The notes below the pieces were generated by a model, which did not search any database, was not told the DNA's origin, and saw only the letters and a list, made by a program, of their open reading frames with translations. A stretch of 60,111 nt of DNA, counting the filler. It is 6 parts of 6 records of this genome, joined end to end, with 100 filler letters (N's around TTAATTAATTAA, not from the genome) between each part and the next. Parts side by side here need not be neighbours in the genome. Positions count along the whole stretch, not along the records: positions 29,114 to 41,325 come from DRR723986_5464; positions 41,426 to 47,866 come from DRR723986_5466; 4 more parts are not named here. One strand, given 5' to 3'. Shown piece after piece: positions 33,462 through 41,852 of the stretch (the stretch's first letter is position 1; each line of letters starts with the position of its first letter). Both the position numbers and the translations under genes were made by a program.

Positions 33462-34826
33462 TTACGGTGTCTCCGACCCTTTCAGGCCGATACTGAAACG
33501 GTTGATGTAGGCATTGGGTTCGCGCGGAGTGAAAGGGACGCCGTCAATCAGCTCTCCCTGCATGGGGCGTTCGAAATTCTCCTGGGCAAAGTCCGGGAAA
33601 TCACTGGTAGTCATCAGGCCGTCCTCGATCAGTGACTGGGCGGCTTCGGCGTAAAGATCGCCCCGATACACCCGGGCTGCGGTCTTCATATACCAGTCGT
33701 CGGATTTTGCTTCGGGAATCTGGCCCCAGCGCCGCATCTGACTCAGGTACCAGATCGCATCAGACGGATACGGATAGGTAGCGTGGTAGCGGAAAAAGAC
33801 GTTGAAATCCGGTACTTCCCGGACATCGCCCTTTTCATACTCGAAGGTACCGGTCATGGAGTTGGCAATCACTTCCCTGTCGGCCCCCACGTAGCTGGGG
33901 CGGGCAAGGATGTCCACGGCGGCCTCCCGGTTGGCGTTCTGGTTTTCGTCCAGCCAGTAAGCTGCGCGGATCAGAGCCCGCAGTAACCGAAGGTGGGTAT
34001 TGGGGTTCTGCTCGGCCCAGGCTTCGGTGACCCCGAACACCTTTTCCGGGTTGTTGGGCCAGATTTCATAATCGGTAATCACCGGCACACCGATGCCCTT
34101 GAAAACCGCCTGCTGATTCCAGGGCTCGCCCACGCAGTAGCCCTGTATGGTGCCTGCTTCCATGGTGGCGGGCATCTGGGGCGGCGGTGTCACGGAGAGG
34201 TGCACATCGGCCTGGAGGGTGCCGCTGGTATCGCCGCGCTGGGGCGCGTAGAAGCCGGGATTCAGGCCACCGGCGGCCAGCCAGTAACGCAGTTCGTAAT
34301 TGTGGGTGGACACCGGAAACACCATGCCCATGCGGAAGCGCTCGCCGTTGGCGCGGGTCTGCTCAACCACCGGCTTCAGTGCGCTGGCTGAAATCGGGTG
34401 TTCCGGATGATCACCTTCCATTTCCAGGTTTGGTTTCATCGCTTCCCAGACGTCGTTGGACACGGTAATACCGTTGCCGTTGAGGTCCATACTGAAGGCG
34501 GTGATGATATCGGCCTGGGTGCCATAGCCTATGGATGCGCCCAGGGGTTGGCCGGCCAGCATGTGGGCACCATCCAGTTCACCGGTGATGACCCGGTCCA
34601 GCAGCACCTTCCAGTTCGCCTGGGCTTCGAGTTCTACGAATAACCCTTCGTCCATGAAGTAGCCCTGTTCCCAGGCAACCGCCAGGGGCGCCATATCCGT
34701 GAGTTTAATAAAGCCAAGCTTGAGATCGGGTTTCTCCGCCGGGCCAATATCGGCCTGGGCCAGGGAACTCAGGCCGATTAGGGTGGCGGTCAGTAAAGGT
34801 CGAACATAATGGTTCACTGTCTTCAT
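33462..34826 (-). CDS. nitrate ABC transporter substrate-binding protein (CmpA/NrtA/NasF)
   Basis: Signal peptide; LGFIKLTDMAPL, VFPVSTHNYELRYWLA, GYCVGEPWN; ATG 34826. Confidence 0.93.
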   Translation of the reverse strand: MKTVNHYVRPLLTATLIGLSSLAQADIGPAEKPDLKLGFIKLTDMAPLAVAWEQGYFMDEGLFVELEAQANWKVLLDRVITGELDGAHMLAGQPLGASIGYGTQADIITAFSMDLNGNGITVSNDVWEAMKPNLEMEGDHPEHPISASALKPVVEQTRANGERFRMGMVFPVSTHNYELRYWLAAGGLNPGFYAPQRGDTSGTLQADVHLSVTPPPQMPATMEAGTIQGYCVGEPWNQQAVFKGIGVPVITDYEIWPNNPEKVFGVTEAWAEQNPNTHLRLLRALIRAAYWLDENQNANREAAVDILARPSYVGADREVIANSMTGTFEYEKGDVREVPDFNVFFRYHATYPYPSDAIWYLSQMRRWGQIPEAKSDDWYMKTAARVYRGDLYAEAAQSLIEDGLMTTSDFPDFAQENFERPMQGELIDGVPFTPREPNAYINRFSIGLKGSETP

Positions 34827-34861
34827 CGTGATGCCTCTCGGTTCTCTCATTTCAGACGCGC

Positions 34862-34908
34862 AAAAAAAAGCGCCTGCCTCCGTTGCCGGAGAGCAGGCGC
34901 CGATGCCT
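34862..34908 (-). promoter_or_regulatory. ANTAR-type leader of the transporter operon
   Basis: AGGC-ATCGGC-GCCT hairpin overlapping the terminator GCGCCTGC...CTCCG-GCAA-CGGAG-GCAGGCGC-T8. Confidence 0.8.
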
Positions 34909-34951
34909 GTAAATGAGAGCTGTGATGTCGTGATGGTTCACTAATCACTCA

Positions 34952-34966
34952 GCACAAGCCGTGCCA
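34952..34966 (-). promoter_or_regulatory. sigma54 promoter of the transporter operon
   Basis: TGGCACGGCTTGTGC (GG-N10-GC). Confidence 0.8.
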
Positions 34967-35187
34967 TCCAGGACTATTCATGTATTTCAGTAAGTTGCGG
35001 GAGCCCTGGTCGTTCCAGCAGGGGAAGCCCGTGCTTTGCCGGGGTGGTTTTGGTGCAGAAAATCGCCCTTTGCACCAAGGTGAACGCCCATCGATAGGCT
35101 TTTCAAGGAAGCTATTTAGCGGTGCAACTGGCTTCGACAGGCGCACCAGGCGCCATTCAAGGCCCTTGGAGACATCAAATCGTGCGC

Positions 35188-35202
35188 TGGCCCCCTAATT
35201 GC
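35188..35202 (+). promoter_or_regulatory. sigma54 promoter of nasA
   Basis: TGGCCCCCTAATTGC (GG-N10-GC). Confidence 0.75.
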
Positions 35203-35225
35203 TTTCTTTTATGGCAGACAACACA

Positions 35226-35281
35226 GGCAACGAAGCCCGCCCCCCGGCTCTGGAAACGGAAACCGGGTGGTGGGCTTTTTT
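35226..35281 (+). promoter_or_regulatory. ANTAR-type leader of nasA
   Basis: GGC-AACGAA-GCC (35226-35237) overlapping the terminator AAGCCCGC...CCGG...CCGG...GTGGGCTT and T run. Confidence 0.78.
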
Positions 35282-35302
35282 GGTTCAAGAGCGAGGAACA
35301 GC

Positions 35303-37978
35303 ATGAAACACCACGACACGCCAGCGGACTCTATTGCCACCACCTGCCCTTACTGTGGTGTTGGCTGCGGTGTTCTGGCCGCCCCTGGCCATGTCGAAGG
35401 CGATCATCAGCACCCGGCCAATGGCGGGCGGCTTTGCGTCAAAGGTTCTGCCTTGCATGAGACGCTGGAGGATACCAGCCGCTTGCTGGTGCCAAAGGTC
35501 GCGGGCTATGAGGTGACATGGGAGGAAGCCATTGACCGGGTCGCCGGGGCCATTTCCGATTCGGTGCGTGAGCATGGCGCGGAATCCGTGGCCTTCTATC
35601 TCTCCGGGCAGCTACTCACGGAGGATTATTACATTGCCAACAAGCTGGCCAAGGGGTTCATCGGCACACCGCATGTGGATACCAATTCCAGACTGTGCAT
35701 GTCCTCGGCCGTTGCGGCACATAAGCGTGCTTTTGGCGAGGACTGTGTTCCCGGTTGCTACGAGGATCTTGAGCTGGCGGACCTGCTGGTGCTCGCGGGC
35801 AGCAACGCCGCCTGGGCCCACCCGGTACTGTACCAGCGAATGAGTGCTGCGCGCCGTCAGGGACGGAGAGTGGTGGTCATCGATCCCAGAAAGACAGCGA
35901 CAGCGGATCTCGCTGATCTGCACCTTCAGCTTCGCCCCGGAACCGACACCCTGTTGTTCAATGGCCTGTTGGTCTGGCTACACGATCACGGAGCCCTGGC
36001 GGAGGACTACCTTGCAGAGCATTGTAACGGCTTCGAGGAAACCCTGGCGATCGCACGATCCTGCGCGCCTTCTGTGCAAGCGGTGGCCAGGGGCTGCGAT
36101 CTGGCAGTAGAAGAGGTGGAGTGTTTCTATCAATGGTTTGCAGACACCGGACGGACAGTGACCGCGTTTTCCCAGGGTATTAATCAGTCGGTTGCTGGTA
36201 CGGATAAGGCCAACGCCATCATTAACTGCCATCTGGCTACCGGCCGGGTGGGCCGACCGGGAGCGAGCCCGTTTTCGCTGACGGGACAACCCAATGCCAT
36301 GGGTGGCCGTGAAGTTGGCGGGCTGGCCAATACTCTGGCAGCCCATATGGATTATGACACGCCAGGCGCTTTGCTCAGGGTTTCGGATTTCTGGCACAGC
36401 GAGAAGATGGCCCGTGGTCCCGGCCATAAAGCGGTGGACCTGTTCGAGGCAGTCCATCGGGGAGAGATCCGGGTACTCTGGGTGATGGGCACTAACCCCG
36501 CAGTCAGCCTGCCGGGCAGCGAACGTGTTCACCAGGCATTGTCCCGTTGCCAGACCCTGATCGTCTCGGATTGTGTGGCCCAGACCGATACCACGCAGTT
36601 TGCCGATATTCTCTTGCCGGCTGCCGGTTGGGGCGAGAAAGATGGAACGGTGACCAATTCCGAACGGCGCATTTCACGCCAACGCCGGTTTCTGCCCCTG
36701 CCGGAGCAGGTACGGCCGGACTGGCAGATTATTCGGGACGTTGCCTGTTCGCTGGGTCATGCTCATGCTTTCGATTACACATGCCCTGCCGATATCTTTC
36801 GCGAACATGCGGTGTTGTCCGGCTATGGTAACGGAGGCGAGCGTGTGTTCAATATCTCCGCCTTGTCTCAACTCAGCAACCAGGAGTACGACGAGCTGGC
36901 GCCGGTGCAGTGGCCGGTCACGGAGGGTAACCCCGGGGCCTGGTTGCAAACCCGTCGGCTGTTTGGGCACGGGCAATTTCCCACGCCGGATGGCCGGGCA
37001 CGATTGGTGCCCGTGTCCAGTTTGCCGCCCGGGCAGCTACCTGGACCCCGGTACCCGCTGGTGGTGAATACCGGCCGAATCCGTGACCAATGGCATACCA
37101 TGACCCGAACGGCCCTGGCACCCAGGCTGTTTGCCCATCGCAGCGAGCCGTTCATAGAGTTGCACCCGGCGGATATTGCCGGCTTTGGTTTGATTGAAGG
37201 TGCCCTGGCGGTGCTGCGTGGGCCGGGCAATGCGGGCTATGTTGGCCGGGTCCGGGGCAGCACCGGCCAGCGCACAGGTGAAGTGTTTGTGCCCATCCAC
37301 TGGAATGGCCGGTTTGCCTCCTCCGCTTTGGCGTCCAGCCTGATCCGTCCGGTTGTGGATCCCATTTCCGGTCAGCCAGAAGGCAAGCATGGTGTGGCGA
37401 CCATCCGGCCCCTGGTGACCCGCTGGCAGGCGAGGCTATTGCTGCGTGATCCCCGCCTTGCCTCGTTGGACCACACCGCTCTTGCCTACTGGAGTTGTCA
37501 GCGCCTGCCGCACAGTCACGGCTGGTGGTTCGCCGGGGGCCACGAGATGAACTGGCGGGAATGGGGGCAACGTTGTTTTTCGCGGGAACCGGAACTGGTC
37601 ATGGAAGACCGGGCGAGACAGCGCTACCGGGCCGCCTGGCTTAGTGGCGATCGACTGGACGCCGTGTTGCTGGTTGAGCCCTGTGTCCAGACCATGCCGG
37701 ATCTGGACTGGCTGGACAGTTGTTTTGGCAAAGGTGAGCTGGCGTCGGAGGAACGCCGCTCGTTACTGGCGGCAGGCACAGTGGAAGGGGAAGCGTCAGG
37801 GCCGATTGTCTGCAGTTGTTTTGGCGTGGGTGAGCACCAGATTTCCGAAGCCATTGAACAGGGCATGGCCAGCCCCGAAGCACTGGGTGAGCAACTGAAG
37901 TGTGGCACCAACTGTGGCTCCTGCCTGCCGGAGATCCGGGACCTGCTGGCGCGCACAGGGGCTCGGGAACCTGCCTGA
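35303..37978 (+). CDS. nasA: assimilatory nitrate reductase catalytic subunit
   Basis: TCPYCGVGCG...LC (4Fe-4S), DTNSRLCMSSA, SLTGQPNAMGGRE, NTGRIRDQWHTMTRT, C-terminal BFD-like CSC...CGTNCGSC; GAGGA RBS. Confidence 0.95.
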   Translation: MKHHDTPADSIATTCPYCGVGCGVLAAPGHVEGDHQHPANGGRLCVKGSALHETLEDTSRLLVPKVAGYEVTWEEAIDRVAGAISDSVREHGAESVAFYLSGQLLTEDYYIANKLAKGFIGTPHVDTNSRLCMSSAVAAHKRAFGEDCVPGCYEDLELADLLVLAGSNAAWAHPVLYQRMSAARRQGRRVVVIDPRKTATADLADLHLQLRPGTDTLLFNGLLVWLHDHGALAEDYLAEHCNGFEETLAIARSCAPSVQAVARGCDLAVEEVECFYQWFADTGRTVTAFSQGINQSVAGTDKANAIINCHLATGRVGRPGASPFSLTGQPNAMGGREVGGLANTLAAHMDYDTPGALLRVSDFWHSEKMARGPGHKAVDLFEAVHRGEIRVLWVMGTNPAVSLPGSERVHQALSRCQTLIVSDCVAQTDTTQFADILLPAAGWGEKDGTVTNSERRISRQRRFLPLPEQVRPDWQIIRDVACSLGHAHAFDYTCPADIFREHAVLSGYGNGGERVFNISALSQLSNQEYDELAPVQWPVTEGNPGAWLQTRRLFGHGQFPTPDGRARLVPVSSLPPGQLPGPRYPLVVNTGRIRDQWHTMTRTALAPRLFAHRSEPFIELHPADIAGFGLIEGALAVLRGPGNAGYVGRVRGSTGQRTGEVFVPIHWNGRFASSALASSLIRPVVDPISGQPEGKHGVATIRPLVTRWQARLLLRDPRLASLDHTALAYWSCQRLPHSHGWWFAGGHEMNWREWGQRCFSREPELVMEDRARQRYRAAWLSGDRLDAVLLVEPCVQTMPDLDWLDSCFGKGELASEERRSLLAAGTVEGEASGPIVCSCFGVGEHQISEAIEQGMASPEALGEQLKCGTNCGSCLPEIRDLLARTGAREPA

Positions 37979-37979
37979 A

Positions 37980-38687
37980 TCAGGCCGCGGCCGCCCGCCT
38001 AAGCAGCGACAATGGTACCCGATAGCGAAGGATCCGGGCATGCTGGCTGACAGTCACCGTGCAGGTCTTGCGGTTAACGCGTACCACCTGGCCTCGCTTC
38101 TCGCGCCGGCCATCGCCGAACACCACCGAATCCCCCACCTGCCAGCGCCGGTACTCCGCAGCGGGACTCGGAAATTCAAAGGGTGTACTGGCTAGCTCTA
38201 TCCCGCAGTCGCTGGCCAGCCCGGACAGGTGCCGTCGGGTAGCGTCGGCTGCACCGCTATGATGCAGATCGTCCAGGGCCTCATAGAAATGCCGGTTGTG
38301 AACGGAGCCGTAATGCCGTTGCCCGGCACTGTGCTGTAGCAAATGGGCAAACTCATGGCAGCAGGTATGCGCCAGCAGGTTCAGCACAGTTACCTCGCCC
38401 CCGAAATAACCCCGGCCACGGATCTCCCGGGTTGATAGCCAGCCCTGGGCGGTGGCCGGTTGATGCTTGGCGGCGATCATCCGGGCTCCGTAGGTAATCA
38501 GGTGCTGTTTCTTGCGAGGATCAAAGCGGTGGTAGGTGGCCTGGCCCGAGCCGACCCGCAATGCCAGCCCGGCGCCCGGATTTGCCTGCTGAACCCAGCC
38601 TTCAGCCGGCGTCCAGAGAATGTCCCGGGTGGTCTGGCACATGAGGGTGCCAATCTGCCTTGCTGTTTGCGATTGAGTGGGGGTCAC
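37980..38687 (-). CDS. SprT-like HEXXH zinc metallopeptidase with a C-terminal SH3/KOW-like domain
   Basis: CCHEFAHLLQ...HNRHF; C-terminal WQVGDSVVF...RGQVVRVNRKTCTV. Confidence 0.65.
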   Translation of the reverse strand: MTPTQSQTARQIGTLMCQTTRDILWTPAEGWVQQANPGAGLALRVGSGQATYHRFDPRKKQHLITYGARMIAAKHQPATAQGWLSTREIRGRGYFGGEVTVLNLLAHTCCHEFAHLLQHSAGQRHYGSVHNRHFYEALDDLHHSGAADATRRHLSGLASDCGIELASTPFEFPSPAAEYRRWQVGDSVVFGDGRREKRGQVVRVNRKTCTVTVSQHARILRYRVPLSLLRRAAAA

Positions 38688-38807
38688 AAAATGTACCGGT
38701 GGCGCTTGATCTCGAATGTCAGGCAGCTATTTTCCAGTAATTTGCTGGTGAAAACAAAAACGGCCGGCCCGAGGGCCAGCCGTTTTCCTGCGATCGAACC
38801 TGAGGGA

Positions 38808-39326
38808 TCAGGCTTCGACCGGAGAACGCCAGTCGTCAGCACCGGAAGTACCGGCAACCGCGTGCTCCCAGGTAACCTTACGGTAGGCCAGGGATACTTC
38901 TACCAGTTGGGTGAACTCGGCCTTGGCCGGATCCTGGCAGTGGGGCATGTTGCAATCGATGTTGATGATGGTGGCATCTTCCAGGATGGTGGAGAAGAAG
39001 TGCTCCTGCTTGCCTTCTACGGAAGTGCGGTACCACTTCAGCTCTACCTTCGGCAGCATTTCGCCGGAAGCCAGGGCGTTGTACATCAGCGGAGTGGCTT
39101 TGTTCAGGGCCGCAGTGAACTTGAACGGCTTGTGAACGCGCTGACCGGAAGGCTGGCCGGACTGGGGATCCGTTGGAACGGTAACAACGTGGCTGAATTC
39201 CTGGACCAGCACTTCGTCTTCGTGACCTTCAACGTAGATGTTGCCTACGGAATCGGAAGTGAACGCGCCAGCGGTGATGTTACCCTGGGTTTGGCCTTCG
39301 ATGCTGATATAACAAGGAGTTGGCAT
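38808..39326 (-). CDS. hcp: type VI secretion Hcp tube protein (172 aa)
   Basis: MPTPCYISIEGQTQGNITAGAFT...GQRVHKPF...GADDWR (Vibrio-type Hcp); GGAG RBS before ATG 39326. Confidence 0.95.
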   Translation of the reverse strand: MPTPCYISIEGQTQGNITAGAFTSDSVGNIYVEGHEDEVLVQEFSHVVTVPTDPQSGQPSGQRVHKPFKFTAALNKATPLMYNALASGEMLPKVELKWYRTSVEGKQEHFFSTILEDATIINIDCNMPHCQDPAKAEFTQLVEVSLAYRKVTWEHAVAGTSGADDWRSPVEA

Positions 39327-39392
39327 AGTCTGCTCCATGACAATGTTGTGAATGAGTGTCCCAAGGATGTTCCCTGGACGGCATAACAGATA

Positions 39393-39407
39393 ACAATCGC
39401 CGTGCCA
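39393..39407 (-). promoter_or_regulatory. sigma54-like promoter of hcp with an IHF-like site upstream
   Basis: TGGCACGGCGATTGT (-12 is TTGT, not TTGC); TATCAATACATTC upstream. Confidence 0.55.
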
Positions 39408-39533
39408 GTTATTGAATGTATTGATATAACAAGTGGTTACGTGGCCTGCGGGCGATATCTGAGTGTCTTCGGGCAAGGCGTTGCTTGGCGGGCGGGCGAG
39501 CTTTTGCTGGCCGGGCAATAAATGGCCCAAGGC

Positions 39534-41273
39534 TCAGTTCCAGGAGCCACCGGCGAGGGAGGTTAATAGCGCCAGCAGGAGCAGGGCCGAGACGCCTTGC
39601 CAGAAACGCTCCGGATGCCGCTCCATGAGAGGTGGATGGTGTCGGGCACGCCAGTCCCGTCCGGGGTGTCGGAGTTCGTAGAGCAGTTCCGACAGCGCCG
39701 GGTAGCGGCGATGGGGCTCCGGATGGGTGGCCCGGGCCAGGGTGGCATCCAGCCACGGCGGCAGGTCTTCACGCCAGGCCCTGGCGGGCCGGTATGTCAG
39801 AGCCTGTAGTTGTTTGCGAGAGCGGATGCGGGGTACATCGGTATGGTAGGGCAGGCGCCCGGTTAATAGTTGATAGATAATCACGCCCAGGGCGTACTGG
39901 TCCGACTGCCAGCTGCCGGGTTCGCCGAGAAAGAGCTCCGGCGCCGAGTAGAGGGCGGCTCCAATCGGATAGCAAGCGGCAGGCTTGCCGGCTTCTTCCA
40001 GACCGGCGACCCGGGTAGCTCCAAAATCGACCAGCATGGCCCGGCCATCCGGTGTGATCAGGACATTTTCCGGTTTCAGATCCTGGTGCACCATTTCCAG
40101 CCGGTGAAAGGCCCTGAGTCCCCGGGCAATCTGTTCGGCCAGTTGTCGCACGGTTTCCAGGTCTGGCTGCGGATGATCAAGAATCCATTGCCGCAAGGTA
40201 CAACCTTCTACAAAGTCAGTAGCCAGATACAGGCAGCTTTGCGGGCGCTCCGGGGCAAAGATGGCAACCACATGGGGGCTCTGCACGCGCTGGGCAATCC
40301 AGCGTTCGGTGACAAATCGCTCCAGCTCATCCGGATACTGCCGCAACTCCATCGCCGGGAACTTAATTGCGACTTGCTTCCCGGACCTCTCATCCCTGGC
40401 CAGGTAAACGTGGCTTCGGCTGCTGATATGCAGGGCCCTGATGATTCGGTAACCATCCAGCACCTCACCGGGTGTGGGCTCGGGTGCGAAGGGCAATTCC
40501 CGGTAGGCCTCCTGGGCGCTGGTGTCCTGTGTCCGAGAGGGTAACCGGGTTACCCGCAATACCTGGACCGTCAGGTTATCCTCACTTCCCCTTTCCAGGG
40601 CGAGTTGGGCCAGCGACCGGGCGGCGTGATCCAGATTGTCCCCGTTGTCGGCAAGGCAAAGGGTGATATCACCGGCCGAGAGCCGTTCGTAAACGCCATC
40701 GGTCATCATCAGAAACACGTCGTTCCGGTGCAGGGCGAGACAGCGATACTCGATATCCAGTTGCGGGCTCAGCCCAAGAGCCCGGTTCAGGCAGCTTTCC
40801 TCGGCCGAAAGCCAGACCCGGTGGTCGGTTGTGAGTTGTTCCAGCGTGTTGCCCTGAAGCCGGTAGATACGGGCGTCTCCCACATGAAACAGGTGCGCCG
40901 TTGCGGATTTCAGAACCAGGGCACTGAAGGTGCAGACATAGCCCCGGTCCTGGTCATAGCGATATCGGCTTTGTCGGGTCTGGGCGTGCAGCCAGGCATT
41001 GCTTGCCCTCAGCACCCGTTCGGCTGATTGTTTCACCGACCAGCTCTCGGGGGTTGAGTAGTAGTCGCTCAGGAAACCGGCCACCGCCGCTTCACTGGCG
41101 ATCTGGCTGACATTGCTGGAGCTGATGCCATCGGCAATCCCTGCCGCAATTCCCTTGCTGTGGCGCTGGTGATTGTCGGGTATCAGCAGGCCATGGAAAT
41201 CCTGGTTGGCGGGTTTCCGGCCGGCGCTGCTGAATTGTCCGGCTTCTATCGTGAGCTGTTCGCAGTTGGACAT
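39534..41273 (-). CDS. bifunctional PP2C phosphatase / Ser-Thr kinase with a C-terminal TM helix
   Basis: PP2C motifs NQD, IADGIS, HVGDARIY, MTDGV and GSEDNLT; kinase motifs VAIK, HQDLKPEN, DFG and YSAPE. Confidence 0.92.
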   Translation of the reverse strand: MSNCEQLTIEAGQFSSAGRKPANQDFHGLLIPDNHQRHSKGIAAGIADGISSSNVSQIASEAAVAGFLSDYYSTPESWSVKQSAERVLRASNAWLHAQTRQSRYRYDQDRGYVCTFSALVLKSATAHLFHVGDARIYRLQGNTLEQLTTDHRVWLSAEESCLNRALGLSPQLDIEYRCLALHRNDVFLMMTDGVYERLSAGDITLCLADNGDNLDHAARSLAQLALERGSEDNLTVQVLRVTRLPSRTQDTSAQEAYRELPFAPEPTPGEVLDGYRIIRALHISSRSHVYLARDERSGKQVAIKFPAMELRQYPDELERFVTERWIAQRVQSPHVVAIFAPERPQSCLYLATDFVEGCTLRQWILDHPQPDLETVRQLAEQIARGLRAFHRLEMVHQDLKPENVLITPDGRAMLVDFGATRVAGLEEAGKPAACYPIGAALYSAPELFLGEPGSWQSDQYALGVIIYQLLTGRLPYHTDVPRIRSRKQLQALTYRPARAWREDLPPWLDATLARATHPEPHRRYPALSELLYELRHPGRDWRARHHPPLMERHPERFWQGVSALLLLALLTSLAGGSWN

Positions 41274-41425
41274 GAATATGAGCCACTGAAGCCCGCCGGT
41301 GTGTGCGGCACCGGCAGGGCCTTGGNNNNNNNNNNNNNNNNNNNNNNNNNNNNNNNNNNNNNNNNNNNNTTAATTAATTAANNNNNNNNNNNNNNNNNNN
41401 NNNNNNNNNNNNNNNNNNNNNNNNN

Positions 41426-41447
41426 GTGTGTGTGTGTGTGTGTGTGT
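41426..41447. repeat. (GT)n microsatellite at the contig end
   Basis: About 11 GT units; typical of eukaryotic DNA. Confidence 0.85.
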
Positions 41448-41852
41448 TTTGTTTCGCCGACTTGTCCATGCTCCTTCGCACACGTGTCTTCTTCCTGCTT
41501 CCTGCTTGCTGCTGTCCTCCTCGTCTGTGATTCACACAAAACAAAACAACGGCAACACAACAGGGCTCACGATGATCGCTCGGTTCAATGCGTTGGTCGG
41601 CGGTGTCAAACCGCCGGATGCGGTGCCTCAAAAGAAAAGCGCACCCACACATGCACACACAAAAGAAAAAGGACAAGCGAGGGGGATCTTGCCCCTCCAC
41701 CAGGAGGCCACGCTAAAAATACAACACGGCCTTTGCCCCTCCCCCCCGCCATTTTTGCGGAGGGATGGGGGGCAGGGGACGCAAACAAAAAAAAGCCCAC
41801 GCAACAACAACAACGCACGTAAAGCAACGCCGAAATAACAACCAATAAAAAA

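Noticed and set aside
39327-39530. 68-aa N-terminal extension of Hcp in the ORF track
   Set aside because: It overlaps the promoter. The canonical MPTP start with an RBS is at 39326.
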